A stretch of DNA of 64,000 nucleotides, from positions 6,332 to 70,331 of the forward strand of contig CAKZRR010000003.1 in assembly GCA_937146805.1 (NCBI GenBank), written 5' to 3'. The notes below the pieces were generated by a model. That model worked only from the letters and a program-made list of their open reading frames with translations. It was not told where the DNA came from and ran no database searches. Shown piece by piece: positions 27,939 through 37,027 of this stretch (position 1 is the first letter of the stretch; the number at the start of each line of letters is the position of its first letter). A program made the translations under genes and the position numbers. Source of the DNA: an uncultured Owenweeksia sp. GTDB lineage: Bacteria; Bacteroidota; Bacteroidia; Flavobacteriales; Schleiferiaceae.

Positions 27939-30368
27939 TTACTCTATCAAAAGTTTACGAGATACGGTTGCTCCTTTGCTTAAATGAACCCGAACCATAT
28001 AAACCCCAGACGGTACATTGGTACAGTTTAAAATTAAAGGCTTAGTGTTGGCCGTTACAACCATGCTACTTATTACCTGACCATTTACATTTACTAATTC
28101 TACTTTTTCCGCTTCATTGCTTAGTCCCACCAACTGCACCTCTGCTTTGGTAGGATTTGGAAACAAACGGAATACACTATAATCCATTTTATTTATCTCC
28201 ATACCTTTATCTATACCAAGCGCAAGAGGCAGCATAAAATTACTTTTTTGAATAGGTATTCCCAAAGGCAAACCTTCTGTAGCCTTCAAAACGGTAAAAC
28301 CTATATTAAAAGGAGTTGCCGGTAAACTAAAATTCTCATAAACACTAAAAGCATAACCCGAATCACCTGTAAGAGCAATAGTATATGTACTATTCGCTTG
28401 AAGCGGCACGTTGGCTCTAATCCTAAACAACTCCCTAAAGGGACTCCCTACACCCACGGTTTGATTGTGCACTTCCAGCTGTAAATGATTATAAATCTTT
28501 AAGTTCAAATTATAATCGTTCGCCTGTCCGTTCAAATTTATCAAACCCGGAATGGTTAAACTTGTAAGGTTGACGTTTTTATTAACTCTAAACTGGATAC
28601 CTATACTCCCAAGTGCTCTAACTGGCTCTTTTCTATAATTACCATTGCCTATGGTTGTAACCGCCAAATTTGCCCCATTCAAGAGTCCTAAAGTATCCGT
28701 AAAATCTTTGCACCTTCCTTTTACAATACTTGCTTGATATAAACCTCCACTAAAGGAGGTTAAGGTATCGTAAGGATATGCAAAGGGAATTTCATTGTAA
28801 AACCATGTGCGTATAACATTTATATTGTTATTTGATATTTGCAATGCACCACCATTACTGCTTAAACTAATGGGTGAAATCGTATCTACCTCAACATACA
28901 CTGAGTCAATAAAACCTGGATTTTGAGGATCCGAAAGAAAGTAATATTGCGAGTTAGTCGCCACTAACTCTGGTGCCGCCAGCTGGCTGCTCAATGTTGC
29001 GTCTGCCGATGTCCATTGAAAATTGCCGCTTTTAGTGCTTCCCATTAATTTAATACTATCATATCGACACACTCTTAAAGAATCATCTTTTGCTTTTACA
29101 ATTGATTTCACCCGAACCAAAAAGGCCTTATTGTTTCTAGCTGGAAAAGGGCAAATATCATTGCGCAGTTTAACGTTAATGTAATGAGGTTGCGAACCAC
29201 GATGTGTATGTTCCGCACCCGTTACCCAATTAAACCTTACCCTATTAATAAAGGCGTTTGTGTAATTTGCCTGAGGTGCAATTGGGATTAATAAAGCCTG
29301 TGATAAATATCCACTTACACCTCCAAAAGGAGTGTCTAATACAAGCCCATTAGCTTCAAAAGTCATTTCAGTGATGGTGAAGTCAGGGCGAGATTGTGTC
29401 GTTGAAGCTTCTAAATTAAAGGTGAGTGTATCACCTTCATACAAATCAAAAAAATACGTATTTGGGTCAGGATTACTAAAGGAATAATTATTATTAGTTA
29501 CCTGAAAGTAAATTGGTTGCTGAGCTGTAGAGTATCCATAAATAGCAACATTATCCTTAAATATTTTAGATAGCAATTTACCATCACGCCATTGCTGCAC
29601 TTCTACACAATACATATAATTACCATTAACAGCCGTATCAAAATTTGTTGTAATAATGCCTGTTTGATGATTGATAGTGGTCAGTCCATTTACCGAATCA
29701 CTCATTGTATTTGGAAAAGGCTGAGTATAAGTATAACCCGCCCCTAAAGTTGTTAGTACTAGTGAATCATCCCACGAATTAGCAAAGTCAATATAAAGAG
29801 AATCAGAAGAATTTTTTCTGCTTACATCAATGGTAAATGTTGCCGAATCTCCCGCCATTAAATAAATCGGGTTTTCATTGAAGGAAGGGGACGAGTTATT
29901 ACAAATGCCGTTACCGCTATTGTACATGAGGGCCCTTAAATAAGTATTGTTACTCGTTCCTGATATATTTACTACTGAGGATGGCTTGCAACATTGTTGG
30001 TAACTAAATTGCCACCCAGCAGCAGGTGGTGAACCATTTAGTGTAATTGGAACACTCTTGTAAAGATGACGCGCTACCGCTCCAGTACCTTTTGGTGATA
30101 CAATGCAGGCTAAACCCGTTCCCCAACAACTTGGAGAAACATCACTTGGTGTACCCACCAAACTACAATTGATAATACCCTGCGGACCCGAAACATCTAC
30201 ATTGGCAGGTAAACCAGCCCCCCCAATACCACACTCTCTGTATAAAGCTACATTAAAAACATACTTTCCCGATGCCGTGCACTCCCAGGTAATTTCGCCA
30301 CCAAAGAAATGCGTGGCTTGCACAAAAAATGACGAAAAAACAATAATTACAGTAATGCAGTACTTCAT
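27939..30368 (-). CDS. T9SS type-A-CTD secreted protein, array paralog 3
   Basis: ATHFFGGEITWEC, QCCK, FPNPTKA...GVYMVRV...KLLIE. Confidence 0.85.
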   Translation of the reverse strand: MKYCITVIIVFSSFFVQATHFFGGEITWECTASGKYVFNVALYRECGIGGAGLPANVDVSGPQGIINCSLVGTPSDVSPSCWGTGLACIVSPKGTGAVARHLYKSVPITLNGSPPAAGWQFSYQQCCKPSSVVNISGTSNNTYLRALMYNSGNGICNNSSPSFNENPIYLMAGDSATFTIDVSRKNSSDSLYIDFANSWDDSLVLTTLGAGYTYTQPFPNTMSDSVNGLTTINHQTGIITTNFDTAVNGNYMYCVEVQQWRDGKLLSKIFKDNVAIYGYSTAQQPIYFQVTNNNYSFSNPDPNTYFFDLYEGDTLTFNLEASTTQSRPDFTITEMTFEANGLVLDTPFGGVSGYLSQALLIPIAPQANYTNAFINRVRFNWVTGAEHTHRGSQPHYINVKLRNDICPFPARNNKAFLVRVKSIVKAKDDSLRVCRYDSIKLMGSTKSGNFQWTSADATLSSQLAAPELVATNSQYYFLSDPQNPGFIDSVYVEVDTISPISLSSNGGALQISNNNINVIRTWFYNEIPFAYPYDTLTSFSGGLYQASIVKGRCKDFTDTLGLLNGANLAVTTIGNGNYRKEPVRALGSIGIQFRVNKNVNLTSLTIPGLINLNGQANDYNLNLKIYNHLQLEVHNQTVGVGSPFRELFRIRANVPLQANSTYTIALTGDSGYAFSVYENFSLPATPFNIGFTVLKATEGLPLGIPIQKSNFMLPLALGIDKGMEINKMDYSVFRLFPNPTKAEVQLVGLSNEAEKVELVNVNGQVISSMVVTANTKPLILNCTNVPSGVYMVRVHLSKGATVSRKLLIE

Positions 30369-30379
30369 ATGATTAAAAT

Positions 30380-32815
30380 TTACTCTATCAAAAGTTTACC
30401 AGAAATAGCAGCTCCTTTGCTTAAATAAACCCGAACCATATAAACCCCAGGCGGAACATTGGTACAGTTTAAAATTAAAGGCTTTGTAGTGGCCGTTATA
30501 ACCATACTTCTTATTACCTGGCCATTTACATTTACCAATTCTACTTTTTCGGCTTCATGGGTTAGTCCAGCTATTTCTAATTGATCTTTAGCAGGATTTG
30601 GGAATATACGTAAACCTGATCTTAAATTTCCCTCAAGACCAACCCATTTCCATTGATCAACACCCAAGCCCAGCGGCAGCAAATAATTACTTGAAGAATC
30701 TGGGAAAATCAGCGCCCCTCCTTTTTTCGCTTCCAATACCGTAAAACCAACATTGTAAGGTGTAGCGGGTAAATTGAATTTTTCAAACACACTAAAAGCA
30801 TAGCCTGTATCACCAGTAAGAGCTATTGTATAGATTTCGTTTGCTACTAAAGGCACGTTGGTGCTTAGGTGAAACAACTCCGGAAAGGGGTTCCCTAAAG
30901 TTACTTGCTGGCTGTGAATTTCTGCTTCCTGCTGATCGTATATTTTTAGGGTTAAATCATAACCACCCGTTTTTCCATTTAAATTCATTAAACCTGGCAC
31001 ACTCACACTTTGCAGTGTTAAAGCTTGATTCATGGTAAAACTAACGCCTATGCTACCAGTAATACTAGCAGGACCATTTAAGTAATTACCATTACCGGTA
31101 CTTACCACTGCTAAGCTTGAATTATTACTAGTAAGGTTTATCACTGGACTTGAAAGGCTACAGTTACCGTTGGTGATTGAAACCTGATAACTACCCAAGC
31201 CAAAAGGCGTTAAAGTATCGTAGCTATAAGTAAAAGGAACCCCATTATAATACCAAGTTGGATTAGGCGTATTATTAGGGTCATTAAATACTATTTGAGT
31301 TCCATTAAACACAAACGATATAGGCGCTATCGTATCTGCATTAACGTAAACCGAATCCATAAAACCTGGGTACTGCGGATCGGTAAGGTAGTAATACTGC
31401 GAACTACCAGAGGCAAAGCTAGGGCTGGCCAATTGACTGCTAAACGTAGCATCTGCAGATGTCCATTGAAAATTACCGCTACGAGTACTTCCTCTTAACA
31501 AAATACTATCGCCTGTACAAACATTTAAAGTATCGTTATCAGTCCATACCGTGGGATTTACACTAACTAATACAGCCACGTTGCTACGTGCAGGAAACGG
31601 ACAAATGTCATTTTGCAGCTTTATATTGAATATATGCTTCACTTTACCACTTGTAACATGTTCGGAACCCAGCTTCCAATTAAACCTAACCTTGTTAGTA
31701 CCTACAGATGTATAGCCCGATTGTGGCGCTATAGGATATAAACTAGCTTTTTCTAGATAAGTACTTGGGCCTGCAAAAGGCGTATCTAAGGCAAAACCTC
31801 GTGCACTTACAACTATAGCGGCCAATGTAGTATCTGGGCGCATTTGTGTGGTAACCGACTCTAAATCAAAATTGAGCGTATCTCCCTCGTATAACTCAAA
31901 TTGAAAGGTTTCTCGATCGCTATTAGTAAAGGTATGGTTACTATTGGTTACCGAAAAAGCGGGTGCTATCTGTGGTGTATCAGGTATAAACACGGCTGCA
32001 CAATCGCGGTATATTTTAGACAGCAATACACCCGATCGCCATTGTTGTAACTCCACACAATAGGCATAACTTCCAGAAACACCATTAGCAATGTTTGTCT
32101 TTATTACTCCCGTTTCGTGGTTAATAGTTGTTACACCATTAGCACTCATACTACCGTTATTGGGAAAAGGTTGCGTATAACTGAACCCAGCTGCAAAAAT
32201 TATACTTGTGGAGCTATCCTCCATTGGTTGTGCAAAGTCAAAATAAACAGAATCAGATGGATGGCTAATTGCTCCCGAACTAAAGGTAGCCGAATCTCCG
32301 CTCATTAGATAAGTTGCGTTTTGGACAAAAACAGGTGATTCATCATTACACAAACCCGAAACATTCGAATACATTATTGATCTCAAATGAAAAGGATCTC
32401 CATTTCTTAGCAAATTTCTCACTGTTGATGGTCGGCAACATAGATTCCAGCTAAACTCCCATCCCCTACTTGGTGGGGTTCCTGTTAACGAAATTGGCGT
32501 GCTTTGATATTTTTGACGTAACACCGCACCGGTCCCACTAGGAGATGCTAAACATGCAATATTACTACCTAGGCAATTTGGCGAAATATCTAGGGCAGTA
32601 CCTACTTTATTACAGGTAATTGTGCCTTGCGGCCCCAAAACACTCAGAACATTTGGAAGCGATGCGGTATTAACCCCACACTCTTTATAAAGCACTACAT
32701 TAAACACGTATTGCCCCGAAGGTGTGCACTCCCATGTAATTTCACCCCCTAAAAGGTGGGTGGCCTTGGCAGTAAAACAGGATATTAAAATAGCGAGGGT
32801 GATAAGGTATTTCAT
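30380..32815 (-). CDS. T9SS type-A-CTD secreted protein, array paralog 4
   Basis: ATHLLGGEITWEC, LCCR, FPNPAKD...GVYMVRV...KLLIE. Confidence 0.85.
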   Translation of the reverse strand: MKYLITLAILISCFTAKATHLLGGEITWECTPSGQYVFNVVLYKECGVNTASLPNVLSVLGPQGTITCNKVGTALDISPNCLGSNIACLASPSGTGAVLRQKYQSTPISLTGTPPSRGWEFSWNLCCRPSTVRNLLRNGDPFHLRSIMYSNVSGLCNDESPVFVQNATYLMSGDSATFSSGAISHPSDSVYFDFAQPMEDSSTSIIFAAGFSYTQPFPNNGSMSANGVTTINHETGVIKTNIANGVSGSYAYCVELQQWRSGVLLSKIYRDCAAVFIPDTPQIAPAFSVTNSNHTFTNSDRETFQFELYEGDTLNFDLESVTTQMRPDTTLAAIVVSARGFALDTPFAGPSTYLEKASLYPIAPQSGYTSVGTNKVRFNWKLGSEHVTSGKVKHIFNIKLQNDICPFPARSNVAVLVSVNPTVWTDNDTLNVCTGDSILLRGSTRSGNFQWTSADATFSSQLASPSFASGSSQYYYLTDPQYPGFMDSVYVNADTIAPISFVFNGTQIVFNDPNNTPNPTWYYNGVPFTYSYDTLTPFGLGSYQVSITNGNCSLSSPVINLTSNNSSLAVVSTGNGNYLNGPASITGSIGVSFTMNQALTLQSVSVPGLMNLNGKTGGYDLTLKIYDQQEAEIHSQQVTLGNPFPELFHLSTNVPLVANEIYTIALTGDTGYAFSVFEKFNLPATPYNVGFTVLEAKKGGALIFPDSSSNYLLPLGLGVDQWKWVGLEGNLRSGLRIFPNPAKDQLEIAGLTHEAEKVELVNVNGQVIRSMVITATTKPLILNCTNVPPGVYMVRVYLSKGAAISGKLLIE

Positions 32816-32911
32816 GGTAAATAGGATTTACGAATTCTATTTACAATAATACGAAAATTCCGAAATACACCGCTTACTCATCATTGGCGGGGCAGTTTAA
32901 TGCAGGTAATA

Positions 32912-33055
32912 TCAATATATTAGAATGGGGTCCGCCAAAAAAACCTGCCATACCGCCTCACTGGTTTTTCCAAACTTTTTAGGAGCTTGCACCAATATAA
33001 TGTCGGCTTCAAATTTGGGTCTATCAGTAGCAGTGGCTACAGGCCCCAGCATACC
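32912..33055 (-). pseudogene. 5'-truncated remnant of the gene at 35493-35993 (last 47 codons)
   Basis: Hand translation GMLGPVATATDRPKFEADIILVQAPKKFGKTSEAVWQVFLADPILIY* vs GVLGHVATAGDRPKFEADVILVKAPKKFGKLSEPVWQVFLTNPVLRY* (36/47 identical, no indel); TAA in frame immediately upstream. Confidence 0.88.
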
Positions 33056-33153
33056 TTAAATGAACCAACTACCCCCCTTTTTAGCTACAGGAATATATTA
33101 CCTAAAGCTTAAAAACAGTAGCTTAGCACCTCACAAGTTGCTCATAGAATAGA

Positions 33154-35445
33154 ATGATCCAATTAAAAAAAACAACTTTCTTCCTGCTCCTAATGCTTAC
33201 CTTAGGAGTGGGAAGTTTTACTATAACAGCCCAAAACTCAAATGTTCCTTATTTTACCTCAGGTACTGATTTTTCCTTTCCTAACTTGGCACGGAAAACA
33301 ATTGTACCATCGTTCCACAGAACCGAAAAATCCAAATCTATAGTACAAATAACCGCTCAAAACAATACCTGCGGACGATTGTGGATACCGGGGCAAGGAT
33401 TTGAAAAAAAATTCAGCCTTTTGGCCGATAGCACCGTGCTAGTTACTTTACCGGATGATACGATTAGACGAGATACAAATAGTGATGTTGGTATTTTTAT
33501 AAAAACTACGTATCCAGTACAGGTAGTTTTTGCGACAGACGTAGGCCTACTGGACAGCTCTAAAGCCGGTGGATTTTTTGCACCGCTTACCGACTCCATT
33601 AACACTGAAGCTACCGCAATTACTCCAATTGTAAGAGCGTCAGATCAATATTTCTTAAACATCCCTAATATCCCCAATGAATTCCATCCTTTTGAGGCTT
33701 GGCATCAATTATGGGTGCACGCCCCTATGGAGGCTATTTCGGTAGAAATTGAACTCAAAAACGCTCCTCTTTCTTACATAATTTCGCCAAACGTACCCTT
33801 TCTACAATCAATACCTTTTGGATATTGTTTTTATGGAGTTACCGCAGGACTAACAATCCTACCTCCAAGACCGGCTTTAGAAGGAAGTAGTTTTTTTGAA
33901 TTGGACAATAAAGATTTTTTAATGTTTGGGGGATGTCAACATGTTACCTACGGGAATTGTATGGACATCTCACCCTTTTCGACACTGGGTTCTAACAGGA
34001 AGCTTACTTTCGATCAATCAAAGCCGCTAACTTTTGGCGACACGATGCATATGGCCGCTCAAATCCTAAATCATTATCCCAATCTGTATTCCATTTTAGC
34101 TTTAAATGACAGCACAAGCATCTACCTAAATGGCACCTTTTTAGCTCTGCTTAATAGTGGAGAACAAATAGATACGTGCGCTACGGAGGCATTAATCATA
34201 ACCTCTACTAGGCCTACACTTTTAACCTTAACACGTAGTGCTATAGGGACAGATTTCCCGGGACTTCATCCCAGCTCATCATCTAACTCTCCCTTTTCAA
34301 TTACAATGCCGGGCAGTAACGAGTTGATGAAAAGAAGCATTTTAAAACCATTTAGTGAAAGTTATAAAAACACCTATGTTGTGGCCCTTTTTACTAAAAG
34401 TGGCGATACAAGCAATTTTACTTTGAATGGACAAACTCTACCCTTTGGCAATTGGAAAACATTTGCCGCAAGGCCTGGCTGGGCTTGGACGCAAATAGAG
34501 ATAAGCGATAAAACACATATCCTAGAAAGTAGTGGAGAAGGTTTTATAGGCTACCACTACTCCTATGCTAAAAAAAGACCCAACTATTACTTCTATCCTT
34601 CTTACGGTTATTGCTTAATTGAAAGCAAGGCTGTTACAGAAGACTCCTTACAGTTTTATATTAAAACTGAAAATACTAGCAAGCAGATATTGAAAAATTT
34701 TCACGAGAGCATATGTGTTGGAGACAGCGTACAATTGTTTGCAAATGCCGCACGTCATACCAGTTGGCATTGGAATTTTGGTGATGGAAATGACACCCTA
34801 CAACAAGTTGGTAACACAAGTGGCAAGCCCATTTCACATACTTACACTAACCCAGGGCAATACTGGCTTTTTGTAACAGACACCAGCGGATGCGCAACTG
34901 GTGATAGTGTTCGTATTGAGGTATTACCTGCACCCGCTCCTTCCTTTACCTATACAGCTTTTGAAACTTGTGAAGAAGGAAGTAAAATTGAACTACACAA
35001 CAGTAGCACTGGCGCTAGCTCTTACAGCTGGAGTTTACCCGAGGGCATCAGCAATGAAGAATCCCCCTCATTCTTTTACAGCGGTTCAGAGCCATTCAAA
35101 ATCAGTTTAATTGCCAAACACAACAATTGCAGCTCATCACCTATTACTAAAATTATAAATCCGCAAACCGATATTTTTACGGATACCAAAATACCTAATG
35201 TTTTTACCCCAAATAATGATGGATTAAATGATTGTTTTGGAGTTAACAATTTAATAGGAAAGTATGCCGAATGTTTTGAGCTTTCAATTTTCAACAGATG
35301 GGGCAGTATGGTATGGAGCACAACGAACCCAAATGGTTGTTGGAATGGCTTAACAGATAATAAGCCTAACGCCTCAGGAACTTACTATTATATTCTTAAA
35401 GTTGCCAACTCAGATTACAAAGGCCATTTGTATTTATCCCGATAG
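33154..35445 (+). CDS. T9SS type-B-CTD secreted protein (IgGFc-binding-like + PKD), paralog of 20567-22843
   Basis: Shared blocks SGTDFSFP, VQITA, NTEATAI, KRSILKPF, YGYCL, WNFGDG; CTD IPNVFTPNNDGLND...IFNRWG...GTYYY. Confidence 0.85.
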   Translation: MIQLKKTTFFLLLMLTLGVGSFTITAQNSNVPYFTSGTDFSFPNLARKTIVPSFHRTEKSKSIVQITAQNNTCGRLWIPGQGFEKKFSLLADSTVLVTLPDDTIRRDTNSDVGIFIKTTYPVQVVFATDVGLLDSSKAGGFFAPLTDSINTEATAITPIVRASDQYFLNIPNIPNEFHPFEAWHQLWVHAPMEAISVEIELKNAPLSYIISPNVPFLQSIPFGYCFYGVTAGLTILPPRPALEGSSFFELDNKDFLMFGGCQHVTYGNCMDISPFSTLGSNRKLTFDQSKPLTFGDTMHMAAQILNHYPNLYSILALNDSTSIYLNGTFLALLNSGEQIDTCATEALIITSTRPTLLTLTRSAIGTDFPGLHPSSSSNSPFSITMPGSNELMKRSILKPFSESYKNTYVVALFTKSGDTSNFTLNGQTLPFGNWKTFAARPGWAWTQIEISDKTHILESSGEGFIGYHYSYAKKRPNYYFYPSYGYCLIESKAVTEDSLQFYIKTENTSKQILKNFHESICVGDSVQLFANAARHTSWHWNFGDGNDTLQQVGNTSGKPISHTYTNPGQYWLFVTDTSGCATGDSVRIEVLPAPAPSFTYTAFETCEEGSKIELHNSSTGASSYSWSLPEGISNEESPSFFYSGSEPFKISLIAKHNNCSSSPITKIINPQTDIFTDTKIPNVFTPNNDGLNDCFGVNNLIGKYAECFELSIFNRWGSMVWSTTNPNGCWNGLTDNKPNASGTYYYILKVANSDYKGHLYLSR

Positions 35446-35492
35446 ACCCCTTTGCCTCAAATCGTTCAGCTCAAAACGCTAAGGTGCCTAAA

Positions 35493-35993
35493 CTAATACC
35501 TTAAAACTGGATTCGTCAAAAAAACTTGCCAAACGGGCTCGCTTAGTTTTCCAAACTTTTTTGGGGCTTTTACCAGAATAACATCGGCCTCAAATTTGGG
35601 TCTGTCTCCCGCAGTAGCTACATGGCCTAAAACACCTTTCTTTTTAGTAAATACAATTTCAACGGGCGCTCCGCTTTTACTTTGCATTACACTGCGCACC
35701 AAGGTAACGATAGAATCAGTATTAAGCGATTCATTGGGTTTTATATAAAAAAGCTCTATTACCTTGGTTTCTACATAGCGTTGGTTAGATACATTACCCG
35801 AATTACTATAATGCACCTGCGTAAAATCAACCAAACTATACGCCTTTTGAATACCCGCTTCAATAAAGGCAGCACTATCTAAAGCGCTTAAGCTACGCTT
35901 TACAAAACGTTTTTCCATTACCTCATAACTGCTTTGGCTTACAGCACTTTTGCCAAAGCTTAAGGCCAATAGTAAAATCCATAGTTTATTCAT
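35493..35993 (-). CDS. Secreted hypothetical protein
   Basis: Signal peptide MNKLWILLLALSFGKSAVS; ATG overlaps the stop of the upstream gene (ATGAATAA); a homologous remnant exists at 32912. Confidence 0.75.
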   Translation of the reverse strand: MNKLWILLLALSFGKSAVSQSSYEVMEKRFVKRSLSALDSAAFIEAGIQKAYSLVDFTQVHYSNSGNVSNQRYVETKVIELFYIKPNESLNTDSIVTLVRSVMQSKSGAPVEIVFTKKKGVLGHVATAGDRPKFEADVILVKAPKKFGKLSEPVWQVFLTNPVLRY

Positions 35994-36894
35994 TTTCATA
36001 ATCTTCTGTTTTTTGCACAAATCGAAGTCTATAGATTTTCCCTTCCTGATATTGGATATCCTGAATTTCTAAATTTTTGAGACTATTTACAGGCAGTATT
36101 AGTCGGTCTATAAATTCGTGCTTGTTCAACATTTCAATTCCTTGATGCTTTGGGTGGCTCTGAAAAATTTTAGAGTCGTCATGAATGGCTTCTTCCAATT
36201 GCATCCTTCTCTTTTCCCAATTATCCGATTGGGCTCTCGAAAAATAATTGAGCATCAGGGCATAATCATCTGGCCAAAGCTCTACCCACACCGTGTCACT
36301 TTTACTTTTATCTAAAGCCATTGAAAAAGGCTTATAATACGCCCCATCAATTTGTAGTGTATCTAGTTGATTGACCTTTAATTGCAAAGCCCCTCCCTTT
36401 ACAACGGTTCTGCTTTTGGCTGCTGTAAAAGTCAATGTCTTTAAATCTATTAGTTGGTGCGTATAAGCATCCTTAAATACCATTACTGTATAATTAGCAC
36501 GGCTGTTCCACCAAAAAACAGCCAACAATAAAACCAATACGGGTAGCAGCAACCAGGCTACTTTTACCTTGGCCTTTGGTTTATTTTCGGTTGGTTTTAC
36601 TTGATTTTTAAATTTAAAATCATCCCAGTTTTTATATCCGCAATAGCGGCTCAATAAATTAAGCACATCTACCCGTGGCATTTTTTCACTTTGATTTTTA
36701 AAATGGAGGTACACCCATTTTTCACTTACCGTGCTTTGGCAGCTTTGCTCTAAATCAATTTGAAAATTATGAATATCGGCTATAGACCATTCTTTAAAAT
36801 CTTTTCTGATTTCAAGCTTGGTTTCAACCCTTATTCTCAACTTTTTTTTGAGTTGATTGAAATAAATACGCTCTGTAGTTTTAGTGGAATCCAA
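35986..36894 (-). CDS. Putative membrane-anchored regulator: XRE-like HTH + TM + periplasmic domain
   Basis: N-terminal TVSEKWVYLHFK...MPRVDVLNLLSRYCGY (XRE-like pattern), Lys-rich linker, single TM VAWLLLPVLVLLLAVFWW; TTG start. Confidence 0.65.
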   Translation of the reverse strand: MDSTKTTERIYFNQLKKKLRIRVETKLEIRKDFKEWSIADIHNFQIDLEQSCQSTVSEKWVYLHFKNQSEKMPRVDVLNLLSRYCGYKNWDDFKFKNQVKPTENKPKAKVKVAWLLLPVLVLLLAVFWWNSRANYTVMVFKDAYTHQLIDLKTLTFTAAKSRTVVKGGALQLKVNQLDTLQIDGAYYKPFSMALDKSKSDTVWVELWPDDYALMLNYFSRAQSDNWEKRRMQLEEAIHDDSKIFQSHPKHQGIEMLNKHEFIDRLILPVNSLKNLEIQDIQYQEGKIYRLRFVQKTEDYENE

Positions 36895-36920
36895 AAGTAG
36901 AATATGAGCTAAAAGCCCCT

Positions 36921-36949
36921 TTGTAAAAGGCTTGTAAATTAAGTTACAA
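36921..36949. promoter_or_regulatory. Operator-like palindrome TTGTAA-N6-TTACAA plus an extra TTGTAAA half-site
   Basis: TTGTAA 36932-36937, TTACAA 36944-36949, second TTGTAAA 11 bp upstream (36921), in a divergent intergenic region. Confidence 0.5.
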
Positions 36950-37027
36950 TTGCAAAACTGCTAAGATGCAACCAAAATTTTACTCAACATACTTGTTTTG
37001 CTCCTGTAATCTTAAAAACAGAAAAAC

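Larger units (their letters stand above)
22849..32815 (-). repeat. Tandem array of four diverged ~2.4-kb gene copies
   Basis: 806/807/809/811 aa, colinear motifs; near-identical DNA at the 3' ends of copies 2-4 (ttactctatcaaaa...cattggtacagtttaaaattaaagg on the + strand). Confidence 0.93.

Noticed and set aside
25244-30500. Short plus-strand ORFs with repeated text (HWHSLKLKVL, HWYSLKLKA) at 25244, 25483 and 27863
   Set aside because: They are antisense shadows of the near-identical CTD-coding ends of the paralogs, not independent genes
22849-32815. Diversity-generating retroelement or CRISPR explanation for the repeats
   Set aside because: No reverse transcriptase, no TR/VR pair with adenine-specific differences, no short regularly spaced repeats and no cas genes
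20567-35445. Possible invertible segment bounded by the two oppositely oriented type-B paralogs
   Set aside because: The paralogs are too diverged at DNA level, and no short perfect inverted repeats or site-specific recombinase gene were seen
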